Positions 9,963 through 21,250 of a stretch of DNA of 64,000 nt are shown piece by piece. This stretch comes from an uncultured Gemmatimonadaceae bacterium (GTDB lineage: Bacteria; Gemmatimonadota; Gemmatimonadetes; Gemmatimonadales; Gemmatimonadaceae): positions 32,001 to 96,000 of the forward strand of contig CAWGJO010000033.1 of assembly GCA_963822945.1 (NCBI GenBank), written 5' to 3'. Each line of letters starts with the position of its first letter. Positions within the stretch are counted from its first letter, which is position 1. The notes under the pieces were generated by a model, which saw nothing but the letters and a program-made list of their open reading frames with translations, had not been told where the DNA came from and did not search any database. The translations under genes and the position numbers were made by a program.

Positions 9963-11354
9963 ATGGATACTCGGTCGACCTCGATCCGCTCGCGTGTCGT
10001 GCGCCTGCTGGCGCTCGCCACTCTGGCCGCGACGTACTTCTTCGCGGCACGGCTGGGGCTCGGTCTGGCGTATGTGAATCCGAGCGTTACGGCCGTGTGG
10101 CCCCCCGCCGGCATCGCGCTCGCGGCTCTCCTCCTGCTGGGCGTGGAGTTCTGGCCGGCGGTATTCGCGGGGGCCTTCCTTGTGAACATGGTGACGGCGG
10201 GAACCGTCTTCACCTCAGCGGCGATTGCCGCCGGCAACACGCTGGAAGCGGTGGTGGGTTGCGCGCTCGTCGTCCGCTTCGCCCGCGGCCGGTACGCACT
10301 GCAGCGGCCGGACGACGTCGTGCGGTTCGCCGTGCTCGCGGGGTTGCTCAGCACGGTCATCAGCGCGTCCGTCGGCACGGTGACGCTCGTGGCCGGTGGG
10401 CTCGCGCCCTGGCACGCGGTGCCGGCCGTCTGGATGACCTGGTGGGTGGGCGACTCGGTGGGCGCGCTGGTCGTGGCGCCGATGGTGCTCTCGTGGGCCG
10501 ACCAGCCGCGCATCCGCTGGCGGTTCCGCCGGGCGGTGGAAGCGGTGGTGCTGTTTGCCGCCACGCTCGCGGTCGCGCTCTTCCTCTTCAGCGGCCGGTC
10601 GATCGCCAGCGCCGGCAACGATCCACTGGCGTTCCTGAGCATCCCGTTCATGGTGTGGATCGCGTACCGGTTCGGCCAGCGCGAAGTGGCGCTGACGTCA
10701 GCCGGACTGGCGGGCATCGCCATCTGGGGAACGTTGCACGGGCACGGACCGTTCGGCGGCCGCCCCCTGCCGGCGTCGCTGCTCCTGCTGCAGGCGTTCA
10801 TCGGGGTGACGGTCGTGATGAGCCTCGTCCTCGGCGCCCTCGCCACGGAGCGGCGCAAGACCGAGGATGAGCTGCGGGAGCTGGCCGGGCTGGACCCGCT
10901 GACCGGATTGCTCAACTACCGGGAAATGATGAGCGTGCTCACGGCGGAGATCCGTCGTGCGCGGCGTACGCGGCGATCGTTCGCCGTGCTCTTCCTCGAT
11001 GTCGACGGTCTGAAGCAGATCAACGACCGGTTCGGACACCTGGTGGGCAGCCAGGTGCTGTGCCGCGTGGCCGAGGTCGTGCGCGAGTCCAGCCGCGTCA
11101 TCGACACCGCGGCCCGGTACGGCGGGGACGAATTTGCGGTCGTGCTGCCCGAGACGCAGGAAATCACGGCCCGTCGGGCGGCGCATCGCATCGCGCGCCG
11201 CATCGCCGCCGGCCGCGGCGAGCCGCCGGTGACGGTCAGCATCGGCATCGCCGTCTGTCCGCGCGATGGGACCAGCGCCGAAGCGCTGCTCCAGGCCGCC
11301 GATCGGATGCTCTATGACGCAAAGCACGGCCGGCGCCTGATGTCGCTGGCCTGA
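9963..11354 (+). CDS. MASE1-domain diguanylate cyclase
   Basis: MASE1-like VWPPAGIALA and WWVGD; DPLTGLLN, INDRFGH, ARYGGDEF. Confidence 0.92.
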   Translation: MDTRSTSIRSRVVRLLALATLAATYFFAARLGLGLAYVNPSVTAVWPPAGIALAALLLLGVEFWPAVFAGAFLVNMVTAGTVFTSAAIAAGNTLEAVVGCALVVRFARGRYALQRPDDVVRFAVLAGLLSTVISASVGTVTLVAGGLAPWHAVPAVWMTWWVGDSVGALVVAPMVLSWADQPRIRWRFRRAVEAVVLFAATLAVALFLFSGRSIASAGNDPLAFLSIPFMVWIAYRFGQREVALTSAGLAGIAIWGTLHGHGPFGGRPLPASLLLLQAFIGVTVVMSLVLGALATERRKTEDELRELAGLDPLTGLLNYREMMSVLTAEIRRARRTRRSFAVLFLDVDGLKQINDRFGHLVGSQVLCRVAEVVRESSRVIDTAARYGGDEFAVVLPETQEITARRAAHRIARRIAAGRGEPPVTVSIGIAVCPRDGTSAEALLQAADRMLYDAKHGRRLMSLA

Positions 11355-11424
11355 CGGGCGAGCGCTCCGCGCCGTCGGGTGACCGAAGCGCGTGCCATAG
11401 GGTTATGCAAATAGGAGGGTTGAT

Positions 11425-12030
11425 ATGGCCACCGGAACGTTGCGATTCCTGGGGCTCGCCGCGGTCACGCTCGTCTTTGCGGCAGCGCCGAGCCGGGCGC
11501 GCGCGCAGTCATCCGCGGTGTCGGTGGATGCGGCAATGGGCGTCGCGCACGTGGGTCGGGGATGGTACTCGGACCGTTCGCGCATCGGCGGCCGCGGCCG
11601 CGTCGACGTCCGCATCGCGACGCTCGGCGCCACGCAGTTCATCCTGGGCGCCTCCGCCGGCCAGTACGGCGACCAGGGGCCTCGGGTGATCAACACGGCG
11701 GTCCTTTGCGTGAACACGGGCGGCCAGGCGGTGCCATGCTACCCACCGCAGCCACCTTCGGCGCCCAACGTTCTGTATCTCGGCGCGCACTTCGGCGTCC
11801 GGCATCCCATTTCGCGGTTGCTCATGGTGGAAGCCGACGCCGGGGCTGGAGTCGCGCGGACTTCGCCCGGAGCCTCGCCCGACCGCCTCGGAGTTTCGGG
11901 TGATCTCAACCTGGTCCTCGGCCAGGCGAGCCACCTGAAGCTCGTGTGCGGCGTTCAACTGCTGACGTTGACCGACGCGGGCACCAGACTCTATGCATAT
12001 CCCGTGACCATCGGTCTGCGGTTCCAGTGA
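11425..12030 (+). CDS. Secreted hypothetical protein, possible small outer-membrane beta-barrel
   Basis: Signal peptide ending ARA-Q; alternating beta pattern; C-terminal VTIGLRFQ. Confidence 0.55.
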   Translation: MATGTLRFLGLAAVTLVFAAAPSRARAQSSAVSVDAAMGVAHVGRGWYSDRSRIGGRGRVDVRIATLGATQFILGASAGQYGDQGPRVINTAVLCVNTGGQAVPCYPPQPPSAPNVLYLGAHFGVRHPISRLLMVEADAGAGVARTSPGASPDRLGVSGDLNLVLGQASHLKLVCGVQLLTLTDAGTRLYAYPVTIGLRFQ

Positions 12031-12072
12031 CGACGAACGGCCCGGCAGCGCCTCTGGCGCCGCCGGGCCGTG

Positions 12073-12113
12073 CGACTGTCCGACTGTCCGACTGTCCGAC
12101 TGTCCGACTCCGA
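12073..12113 (-). repeat. 8-bp tandem array (CGACTGTC)x4 plus a partial unit
   Basis: Directly follows the pirin stop codon on the minus strand. Confidence 0.95.
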
Positions 12114-13036
12114 TCACCCGTGCTTGATGAACGTCCCGTTCTGCAGTTCCTGGTACGCCTCGCGCAGCTGCTCCTCGGTGTTCATCACGATCGGCCCGTA
12201 CCACGCCACCGGCTCCGAGATGGGCTTGCCCGACACGAGCAGGAACCGGATGCCCTCGTCGCCGGCCTGCACCGTCACCTCGTCGCCGCTGTCGAACAGC
12301 ACCAGCGACCGGTTGCCCGCCATGTCGCGCACGGTGTCCTCGGCCACGGTGGCGCCGTTGTCGCCCACGCGCTCGGTGAGCGCGCCGAACGGCTCCGAGG
12401 CGCCGCGGAAGCTCCCGCTCCCCTCGAACACGTAGGCGAACGCGTGACGGTAGGTGTCCACCGGCAGCGTCTTCCGCACGCCGGGCGGCACCGAGACGTC
12501 CAGGTAGCTGCGGGTTCGCGGCGATGCCCGTCCACCGGTCCCTTCTTGCCCCAGAACTCGCCCGTCACCACGCGCACCACGGTGCCGTCGTCGTCGGTGA
12601 CTTCCGGAATGTCCGGCGACTTGATGTCCTGATATCGAGGATCCACCATCTTCTGATGCGCCGGCAGGTTGGCCCAGAGCTGGAAGCCGTGCATGCGCCC
12701 TTCGGGATCGCCCTTCGGCATTTCCTGGTGCATGATGCCGCTGCCCGCGGTCATCCACTGCACGTCGCCCGCGCCCAGCGAGCCTTTGTTCCCCAGGCTG
12801 TCGCCGTGGTTCACGGTGCCCTTGAGCACGTAGGTGATGGTCTCGATGCCGCGGTGCGGGTGCCAGGGGAATCCCTTGAGGAAGTCCTCGGGGCGCTCGT
12901 TGCGGAAGTCGTCGAACAGGAGGAAGGGGTCGAACTCCTGGGTCTTCCCGAACCCGAAGGCGCGACGAAGCTTCACTCCGGCGCCTTCCAGCGTGGGCGT
13001 GGCTTCGACGATTCGCTTCACCGGTCTGATCGACAT
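12114..13036 (-). CDS. Pirin family protein; two 1-nt insertions near 12507 and 12528
   Basis: DPFLLFD, GFPWHPHRGIETITY, QWMTAGSGIMHQE; C-terminal PVAWYGPIVMNT in another frame. Confidence 0.92.
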
Positions 13037-13207
13037 CTCTCCTCCATGGGTCCCGCGCCCCGGAACGGGGTCGCACCTGCCAATCTAGGAAGCCTGGCAA
13101 GGGGCGCGCGGTTCCGGCGGATCGAGCGCCGCTCGCGACCGCCCGTACCGGCGGCTATGATTTGACCCACGCCATCCCTGTCGGCACGCCTGGTCAGGAC
13201 CCGTCGC

Positions 13208-14968
13208 ATGCACCCGAAATTCGCCTCTATCGGCACCGCCGCCGTCGCCTTTGCGATCGCGTCGTTCGCCGCCACGGATCAGTACATCGCCCGCTATCCG
13301 GAACAAGCGGTGGCGCGCTTCCGGGCATCGATGAACGCGCTCGCCATCCATCCCGCGGTGCGGCACGATCTGGGCCCCGTGTTGGTCGCGTCGGCCGCCG
13401 CGATGCCAACCGATGACGACGAGCCGGGCCTCGAGTTGAGCGCGATCCCCCACGGAGCGCTGGCGCCGCCGCCTATCGGAGCGCTGGCCGCGGATACGCC
13501 AGCGGTGCCGACCATCACCACACCGCCCGGATCGGGCGCCGCGGAGCAGCGCGCGCAGGGATCGCGGCCGCCCGCCATGCTCGCCGCCAGCTTCGACGGA
13601 CTCGGCGTCGGGTTCGTGGGGCCGCAGGGCACGGCGCGCCTGCGCAATCCGTCCGACAACTCGCTCGCCGTGGGCCCCGACCACATCGTGCAGATCGTGA
13701 ACACGCGCTTCGCCATCTACACGAAGAAGGGCGCGATGTACGACACCACGGGCCGCGTGCTCGTGGGCCCGGTGCCGACCAACGAGATCTTCCGCGGCTT
13801 CGGCGGCGCTGCGAGGCGCGGCCCAACGGCGACGCCGTGGTGCGCTACGACCAACTCGCCAAGCGGTGGCTCTTCGTGATGCCGATCTTCCGCAAGATCG
13901 CCGACGCCACCAGCGAGCCCGCGGTGCACGCGCCGGGCGACTCGGCGCACTACGCCATGTGCTACGCGGTGAGCCAGGGGCCGAGTCCCATGGGCCCGTA
14001 CTATCGCTACGAGTTCCTGCGCACGCTCTTTCCCGACTATCCGCGCCCCGCCGTCTGGCCAGACGGCTACTACGTGCCCACCAGCACCGGCGACCACGTC
14101 ATCCAGAAGCACGCCTGCGTGGCCGACCGCGCGCGGATGCTCAAGGGCGAGGACGCCACCGAGCAGTGCGTGATCGTGGACGGGGCGAACTTCCTGAACA
14201 ACGCCGACCTCGACGGCACGCAGCTCCCGCCGCCGGGCGCGCCCGAGATCGTGATGGCCGCGGGCGGCACGCAGTTGAAGGGCGTCATGGAGGACAGCAC
14301 GATCAGCGTGTGGCGGATGCACGTGAACTGGGAGCAACCCGGCGCTGACCAGTCTCACCGGCCCCGAGAAGATCGCCGTGGCGCCCTACCATTACCTGTG
14401 CGACGGGCAGCTCTCCAGTTGCGTGCCGCAGCCCGGCACCGACCGGCGACTGGACGCGCAGGGCGACAAGCTGATGGCGCGGCTCGTCTATCGGCGCATC
14501 GGCAACCAGCAGTCCGTGGTCGCCGTGCACTCGGTGAACACCACCGAGGGCGCGGGCGGCGTGCGCTGGTACGAGTTCCGGCTGGGCGCGGGCGGCGACG
14601 TGTCGCTCTACCAGCAGGGTACGTATGCTCCCGACAGTTCCTATCGATGGATGGGGAGCGCCGCGATGGACGGACGCGGCGACATCGGCATCGGCTACTC
14701 GTTCGGCGGCACGCCCTACTACGCGGGGCAGCGCTTTGCCGGACGGCTGGCCGGCGATCCCAAGGGCGAACTCACGCTGCGCGAGACGGTACTCGCCGAG
14801 GGCGCCGGCGCGCAGACCAACACGCTGCGCTGGGAGGACTACACGCAGACCGCGGTGGACCCGAGCGACGACTGCACCATCTGGTACGTGGGCGACTACT
14901 ACAAGGCGGGCGCGGAGAGTTACTCCAGCCGGATCGGGGCGTTCCGGTTTCCGGGGTGCGCCCCGTAG
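13208..14968 (+). CDS. Large secreted hypothetical protein; frameshifts near 13815 and 14345
   Basis: Three consecutive frames join into one coherent protein: PSDNSLAVGPDHIVQ / DYPRPAVWPDGYY / RWEDYTQTAVDPSDDCTIWY. Confidence 0.7.
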
Positions 14969-14971
14969 TTG

Positions 14972-15008
14972 GACTGTCCGACTGTCTGACTGTCCGACTG
15001 TCCGACCG
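14972..15008 (-). repeat. 8-bp tandem array GACTGTC(C/T) x4 plus a partial unit
   Basis: Fills the gap between two convergent stop codons. Confidence 0.95.
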
Positions 15009-15860
15009 TCAAAACACGAGCTGCGACAGATATCGGTAGTTCGCCCTCGCACTCGCCAACTCGTCCTTCGGACTCTCCTGCTCCACGTAGCAGGGCTTGT
15101 CGTCGATGTTCGGGATGGCGCCCAGCAGCGACCTGAGATTCAGTACGCCGGCGCCGAGTTCCGTATCGTGCGAGTGGTCGGCCACCACGTCCTTCACGTG
15201 GAAGGTCCAGTAGCGGTCGCGATACCGGTTCAGATATGCCATCGGGTCGCCGCCGCCCTGTGCCATGTTGCCGAAGTCGAGCTGCAGCCGCACGGCGGCC
15301 GGATCGGTGCGCGCGACGAACAGGTCGTAGGGAATCTGTCCATCGATGGGATGCACATGCTCCGGCTCGTTGTGGAAGGCGAGCCAGAGCCCTGCGCGGC
15401 GCGCCGCGGCGCCCGCCGTGTTGAAGTGGTCGGCCCACGCGCGCCAGGCGTCGAGCGAGGTCCTGGTCTCGTCGGGGAGGCTGGGCACGATGAGATACTG
15501 CTGGCCCAGGTAGTTGGCCGTGTCGAGACTCTTCTGCCAGTCGCCGAGCAGGAGTTCGGGAGCGATGTGCGCGGAGGGGGCCCGAAGGCCCAGGTGGTCG
15601 AGCGTGGCGCGGACCTGCTTGGGTGTGCGGCCGAAGTTGTCGAAGCTCCAGAGCAGCTCGACGTCGTCGTAGCCGATGGCGCGGACTGCCGCCAGCGTAC
15701 CCTCGGGGTCGCGCTTCATGGCGTTGCGCACCGAGTACAGCTCGAGGCCCACCCGGGCGAGGCGGCGCGACCGGAGCCCGATGGCGAACCCGGCGCGCGG
15801 CGCGAGGGCGGCCCCGGCCACGGAGGCCCCCAGCGATCGCAGAAAATGACGTCGGCGCAT
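15009..15860 (-). CDS. Tat-exported sugar phosphate isomerase/epimerase (TIM barrel)
   Basis: MRRRHFL Tat motif; GLELYSVR, AFHNE, LQLD, FHVKD, YVEQE. Confidence 0.88.
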   Translation of the reverse strand: MRRRHFLRSLGASVAGAALAPRAGFAIGLRSRRLARVGLELYSVRNAMKRDPEGTLAAVRAIGYDDVELLWSFDNFGRTPKQVRATLDHLGLRAPSAHIAPELLLGDWQKSLDTANYLGQQYLIVPSLPDETRTSLDAWRAWADHFNTAGAAARRAGLWLAFHNEPEHVHPIDGQIPYDLFVARTDPAAVRLQLDFGNMAQGGGDPMAYLNRYRDRYWTFHVKDVVADHSHDTELGAGVLNLRSLLGAIPNIDDKPCYVEQESPKDELASARANYRYLSQLVF

Positions 15861-16066
15861 GCCCCCAACCTGTGGCCGGGAGCGATCCTTCGCCATATCG
15901 GGTAGATGGAGCCCCATGGGTGCCGGCGCGTAAACCCACGGAGCGAGGGGCGGGTCTAACTCCGCGAATCGGGCATTCCGCATAGCGCCCGGTTCACGTT
16001 CTGATGTGTGATGGCCCATCTTTCGGCGTTGCGGCGCCCCCTGCTTCACCTCTCGCCCCTCCGTCC

Positions 16067-19000
16067 GTGAATCCTCGTCGTCTGTTGGTCCTGGCGGGTG
16101 TGCTCGCCGGTGCACTGGCGCTGGCGCATCCCGCCCGCGCGCAGGGGGCCGACGTGATCCGTGGCCGCGTGGTCGATCCCGACTCGAATCCCGTGTCCGA
16201 CGTGCAGGTGTCGGCCACGTCCATCTCCGGCAACGTGACGCGCACGGCGCGCACCGGGCGGGACGGCCGGTTCACGATCACCTTCCCGAACGGCGACGGC
16301 GACTACATGGTGGCGTTCAACCACCCCGGGTTCGCGCTCAAGCGGTTCGAGGTGAAGCGCACGGCCGACCAGGAGATTCTGGTGGCCGACACCAAGCTGT
16401 CGCGCGATCTGACGGTGCTCGACACGGTGCACGTGCAGGGGTCGCGTCCGCGCCCCAGGCGCAACGACACGCAGCCGGACATCGGGGGCACCGAGCGGCC
16501 CGTGAACAACCAGGCCCTCACCGCCGATCAGCAGGGCGACCTCGCGGCCATGGCGGCGTCGTTGCCTGGGGTGCTCTTTCTGCCCGGCTCCAACGGCGAC
16601 CCGTCGGGCTTCTCGGTGCTCGGCCTCGACGGCAGCCAGAACAGCAACACGCTCAACGGCATGGATTTCGGCGGGTCGAACATTCCGCGCGACGCGCAGG
16701 TGAACAGCTCGCTGGTCACGGCGCCGTACGACGTCTCGCGCGGCGGGTTCAGCGGCGGCCAGTTCAACATCAGCACGTCGTCGGGCACCAACTTCATCCG
16801 CCGTTCGGCGAGTCTGGTGATGGACGCGCCGCCGCTGCAGTGGACCGATCCCGCCGCGCGCGCGCTGGGCCAGCAGTACACCAATCTGAATCTGAGCGGG
16901 GGCCTGTCGGGCCCCATCCAGTTCGACAAGTCGTTCTACAACTTCTCGTATCAGTTGGGGCGGCGGTCCAATCCCTGGCACTCGCTGCTCAACACCGACG
17001 CGCTCGGTTTGCAGACGGCGGGCATCGCGCCCGATTCGGTGAACCGGCTGCTCGGGATCCTGGGCCAGGATCAGGTGCCGGCGACGATGCGCGGCGTTCC
17101 CGGCCAGAAACTCACCGACCAGGGGCTGGTGCTCGGCAGCTTCGACTGGGCGCCGCCAAGTTCGACCACCGGCCAGGCGCTCAACCTCACCGTGAACGGC
17201 GGCTGGTTCAAGTTCAATCCGCTCACCATGGGCGCCACGGAGCTGCCGGCGCACAGCGGCTCGTTGACCAGCTGGAACGCCGGCGTCCAGGCGCAGCACA
17301 CGGCCTACTTCGGCTTCGGCATCCTCACGGAGACCGGACTCTCGGTGAGCGCTTCGCACCGCTACGGCACGCCCTACCTGATCCTGCCCAGTGGCAGCGT
17401 GCGCGTGAACTCCGATTTCGCCAACGGCACGGCGGGGCTGCAGGACGTGGCCTTCGGCGGCAGTCCGTTCCTGAACACCAGCAACACCAGCCGGAGCGTG
17501 GACCTGCGAAACCAGCTCTCCTGGTTCAGCCTCGACAACAAGCACCGCATCAAGCTGAGCAGCGAGATCCGGCGCGACGCCTACTCGCTGGACCAGACCG
17601 GCAACCGGCTCGGCACGTTCACTTTCAATTCCCTCTCCGATCTCCAGGCCGGCACCCCGGCGAATTTCACGCGCACGCTCCTGCCGCGTACGCGCAGCGG
17701 CAGCGAATGGGTGGGCGGCCTGTCGCTCGGTGATTCCTACCGCGTCAGCCCCGACCTGCAGGTGCAGTACGGCGTGCGGCTGGACGGCAATCGGTACGAG
17801 GGCACCCCGCAGGCCAATCCGCTGGTGCAGCAGACCTTCGGCGTGCGCAACGATCTCGTGCCCAACCGGGTCTACGTGAGTCCGCGCATCGGGTTCTCGT
17901 GGAGCTACGGCGTGGCGCCGGAGATCGGCGGATTCCTGGGCGCAGTGCGCGGTCCGCGAGCCGTGGTGCGCGGCGGCATCGGGTTGTTCCAGAACGTCGG
18001 GCGCGTCACCGACATCGGATCGGCCGTGGACAACACCGGGCTGGCCACCGGACTGCAGCAACTCACCTGCGTCGGTGGGGCCGCGCCGGTGCCCGACTGG
18101 GCCCAGTACCTGAGCGATCCCTCGACGATTCCCACCCAGTGCGCCGGCGGGGGCGGCGGCACCGTGTTCTCCAACTCGGCGCCCAACGTGACCCTGTTCG
18201 CGCGCGACTACAACGCGCCGCGCAGTCTGCGCTCCAACCTGCAGTGGACCGGCCCGATTCTCGATAACCGCTTGCGGGCCACCTTCGAGGGCACGTACTC
18301 GCTGAATCTCAACCAGCAGTCGCTGGTGGACCTGAACTTCAATCCCGTGGTCGCCTTCCGGCTGGCGGACGAGGGGAACCGGCCGGTGTTCGTGCAGCCG
18401 GCGAGCATCGTGCCGGCCACCGGCGCCATCGCTTCCAGCGACGCGCACGTGTCCAGCGCCTTCAACCGCGTGACGCAGATGCGCTCGGACATGCGCTCGG
18501 AGAGCGAGCAGTTGAGCGTGCAGCTGGCGCCCACGGGGTTCAATACGAACTACAGCTGGAGCCTGTCGTACACCTACCAGAACGTGCGCGATCGCATGCG
18601 CGGGTTCGGCGGCGGCTTCGGTGGCGGCAACACCGCCGGCAATCCGCTCGACGTGACGTGGGGCCGCTCGAGCTACGACTCCCGCCATCAGATCCAGTAT
18701 TCGCTGGGCTACAACTTCTTCGATTGGGTGCGCGTGAACTGGTACGGCAACTTCCGGTCGGGCACGCCGTTCACGCCGCTCGTGGCGGGGGACATCAACG
18801 GCGACGGGTACGCGAACGACCGGGCGTTCGTGTTCGACCCGTCGCAGACGGCGGATCCCACGCTCGCCTCTGCCATGCAGTCGCTGCTCGCTGGCTCATC
18901 GGGGCGCGTGCGGTCGTGTCTGGAGCGGCAGCTGGGGCAGGTGGCGGGGCGGAACAGTTGCGAGGGACCGTGGACCAGCTCGGCGAGCATGTCGATCTCG

Positions 19001-19810
19001 TTCAACCCCATCAAGGTGCACATGCCGCAGCGCGCTACGCTCTCGTTCCAGATCTCCAACCCGCTGGGCGCTGCCGACCTGCTGCTCCACGGGCAGAACC
19101 ACACGCACGGGTGGGGACAGTCGGCGGTGCCCGATGCGTCGTTGCTGTACGTGCGCGGCTTCGACGCCCAGACGCAGCAGTACCAGTACCAGGTGAATCA
19201 GCGGTTCGGCGCCACCAACCCGCAGCTCACCACCTTCCGGTCGCCGGTGACGCTCACCGCCATGCTGCGCGTGGACCTCGGGCCCACACGCGAGCGGCAG
19301 CTCCTGGTGCAGCAGCTCGACCGGGGGCGCACGCACGAAGGCATCCGGCTCACGCAGCCCATCCTCCGCGCGCTGTACGGAAACGGCGGGCTCACCAATC
19401 CGCTGTCGGTCATCCTCCGCCAGCAGGACACGCTGCAACTCACGCCCGTGCAGGCCGACAGCGTGGCCACGCTCAACCGCTGGTACATCGTGCATCTCGA
19501 TTCCATCTGGACGCCGATCACCAGCTACTTCGCCGCGCTGCCCGATCACTTCGACGAGGGCGAGGCGTACCGTCGCTACCGTCGTGGGCGCGAGGCGTCG
19601 GTGGACCTCCTCCTCAAGCTCAGTCCCACGATCAAGGGGCTGCTCACCGACGCCCAGCGTCGCCGGCTGCCCTCCATCGTCGCCAGCTATCTCGATCCGC
19701 GCTACCTGTCGGCCATCCGGTCGGGCACGGCCGGCGCGTCGGGCTTCGGATCGGGTGGGGGCGTGCCGTTCATCGAGGGCGGCGCCGTGCGCGTCGTCAT
19801 CAGCAAGTAG
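16067..19810 (+). CDS. Oar-like/TonB-dependent receptor with N-terminal carboxypeptidase-regulatory-like domain
   Basis: Signal peptide; IRGRVVD..TGRDGRFTI; YDVSRGGFSGG plug-like motif; SPRIGFSW; GDINGDG; start codon uncertain (16004 or 16067). Confidence 0.7.
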   Translation: MNPRRLLVLAGVLAGALALAHPARAQGADVIRGRVVDPDSNPVSDVQVSATSISGNVTRTARTGRDGRFTITFPNGDGDYMVAFNHPGFALKRFEVKRTADQEILVADTKLSRDLTVLDTVHVQGSRPRPRRNDTQPDIGGTERPVNNQALTADQQGDLAAMAASLPGVLFLPGSNGDPSGFSVLGLDGSQNSNTLNGMDFGGSNIPRDAQVNSSLVTAPYDVSRGGFSGGQFNISTSSGTNFIRRSASLVMDAPPLQWTDPAARALGQQYTNLNLSGGLSGPIQFDKSFYNFSYQLGRRSNPWHSLLNTDALGLQTAGIAPDSVNRLLGILGQDQVPATMRGVPGQKLTDQGLVLGSFDWAPPSSTTGQALNLTVNGGWFKFNPLTMGATELPAHSGSLTSWNAGVQAQHTAYFGFGILTETGLSVSASHRYGTPYLILPSGSVRVNSDFANGTAGLQDVAFGGSPFLNTSNTSRSVDLRNQLSWFSLDNKHRIKLSSEIRRDAYSLDQTGNRLGTFTFNSLSDLQAGTPANFTRTLLPRTRSGSEWVGGLSLGDSYRVSPDLQVQYGVRLDGNRYEGTPQANPLVQQTFGVRNDLVPNRVYVSPRIGFSWSYGVAPEIGGFLGAVRGPRAVVRGGIGLFQNVGRVTDIGSAVDNTGLATGLQQLTCVGGAAPVPDWAQYLSDPSTIPTQCAGGGGGTVFSNSAPNVTLFARDYNAPRSLRSNLQWTGPILDNRLRATFEGTYSLNLNQQSLVDLNFNPVVAFRLADEGNRPVFVQPASIVPATGAIASSDAHVSSAFNRVTQMRSDMRSESEQLSVQLAPTGFNTNYSWSLSYTYQNVRDRMRGFGGGFGGGNTAGNPLDVTWGRSSYDSRHQIQYSLGYNFFDWVRVNWYGNFRSGTPFTPLVAGDINGDGYANDRAFVFDPSQTADPTLASAMQSLLAGSSGRVRSCLERQLGQVAGRNSCEGPWTSSASMSISFNPIKVHMPQRATLSFQISNPLGAADLLLHGQNHTHGWGQSAVPDASLLYVRGFDAQTQQYQYQVNQRFGATNPQLTTFRSPVTLTAMLRVDLGPTRERQLLVQQLDRGRTHEGIRLTQPILRALYGNGGLTNPLSVILRQQDTLQLTPVQADSVATLNRWYIVHLDSIWTPITSYFAALPDHFDEGEAYRRYRRGREASVDLLLKLSPTIKGLLTDAQRRRLPSIVASYLDPRYLSAIRSGTAGASGFGSGGGVPFIEGGAVRVVISK

Positions 19811-19861
19811 ATTCAGGACGGGGCGCCGCCGGGCGCCGCGCCGCACTTACCGGAGCCAGCC

Positions 19862-21250
19862 ATGAACCGTCGCATCCCCATCGCACTCGGCGTCGCTCTC
19901 TTCTCCGTGGCGCCCACGGTCCGCGCCCAGCAGGCGCTGCCGCCGGTGCACCCCATCGGGCCCATCGAACACGTGACCACGGAGCCCATGAAGGCCGTGT
20001 CGCAGGTGCGCGAGCTGCCCGGGCGGCGCGTGTTGGTGAACGACATCGTGGACCACCGGGTGCTGCTGTTCGACTCCACGCTCGCCCACGCGACCGCGGT
20101 GGCCGACTCCACGTCGAGCACCGCCAACGCGTACGGCAACATGCCGGGCGGGCTCATTCCCTACCGCGGCGATTCCACGCTGTTCGTCGACCCGGCCTCA
20201 CTCTCCATGCTCGTGCTGGACGACGCCGGCAAGATCGCGCGTGTGATGTCGGTGCCGCGCCCCAACGAGGCGATCTTTCTCATCGGCGGCCCCTTCGGCA
20301 CCTCCGGGTTCGATCCCGCCGGCCGGCTCGTATACCGCGGCAACACCCTGCGGATGCGCGTGCAGCCCGACACCGGCAAGAGCGACAAGGAGAGCAAGGG
20401 GGACCCGGCCGACATGCTTCCGCAGTTCCCCGACTCGGCCCCCATCGTCCGCGTGACGCTCGCCACGCGCGTCGAGGACACGGTGGCCTATTTCAAGATT
20501 CCGCCGACGAAGATGACCATCAAACGCACCGACAACGGATTCGTGGCCACCTCGACGGTCAACCCGATGCCGGTGGTCGACGATTGGGCCCTGCTGCCGG
20601 ACGGCACCGTGGCCGTGGTCCGCGGCCGCGACTTCCACATCGACTGGATCCATCCCGACGGGACCAGGACCTCCACGGCCAAGATTCCCTTCGACTGGCA
20701 GCGGCTCACCGACGACCAGAAGGTGGCCGTGATCGACTCGGCGAAGCAGGTGCTGGAGAAACGCCGCGCCGACCGGATGGCCGCGCTGACCGAAACCCGC
20801 ACGGCCACCAACGCCGGCGGCAATGAGCGCCGGGTGACGGCCTCGGCCGGCGGCGATGGGGGCGGCGCCGCGATGGGCGGCATGGTGATCGTGATGCGCA
20901 AGTCGGACGGCGAGGGCGGCGGGGCCGCGCCACCGATGCGCGGCGGGTCCAACGAGCAGGTCAAGATGCCGCCGCTGCAATTCGTGCCGCCGTATGAGCT
21001 GCCGGACTACCGGCCGGCGTTCGGCACCGGCGCCACCAAGTGCGACCTGCAGGGCAACCTCTGGATCCGCACCTCGCAGGCCACCGACGGGCGCCCGGTG
21101 TACGACGTCGTGAACGAGCAGGGGGTACTGGTGGATCGCGTGCAGCTCCCCGCCTTCCGGACCATCGCCGGCTTCGGCCAGGGGGTGGTGTACATGGGCG
21201 TCACCGACAGCACCGGCGCGGTGCACCTGGAGCGGGCGCGGATGAAGTAG
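19862..21250 (+). CDS. Secreted hypothetical protein, likely beta-propeller
   Basis: Signal peptide; DxxGNLWIR and YDVVNxxG blade-like motifs; probably co-transcribed with the receptor gene. Confidence 0.65.
   Translation: MNRRIPIALGVALFSVAPTVRAQQALPPVHPIGPIEHVTTEPMKAVSQVRELPGRRVLVNDIVDHRVLLFDSTLAHATAVADSTSSTANAYGNMPGGLIPYRGDSTLFVDPASLSMLVLDDAGKIARVMSVPRPNEAIFLIGGPFGTSGFDPAGRLVYRGNTLRMRVQPDTGKSDKESKGDPADMLPQFPDSAPIVRVTLATRVEDTVAYFKIPPTKMTIKRTDNGFVATSTVNPMPVVDDWALLPDGTVAVVRGRDFHIDWIHPDGTRTSTAKIPFDWQRLTDDQKVAVIDSAKQVLEKRRADRMAALTETRTATNAGGNERRVTASAGGDGGGAAMGGMVIVMRKSDGEGGGAAPPMRGGSNEQVKMPPLQFVPPYELPDYRPAFGTGATKCDLQGNLWIRTSQATDGRPVYDVVNEQGVLVDRVQLPAFRTIAGFGQGVVYMGVTDSTGAVHLERARMK

Noticed and set aside
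12500..12535. Programmed frameshifting or pseudogenisation of pirin and the other broken genes
   Set aside because: No slippery heptamers are evident; removing single extra bases restores the family consensus (DGIAANPQYLDV), so sequencing error is more parsimonious
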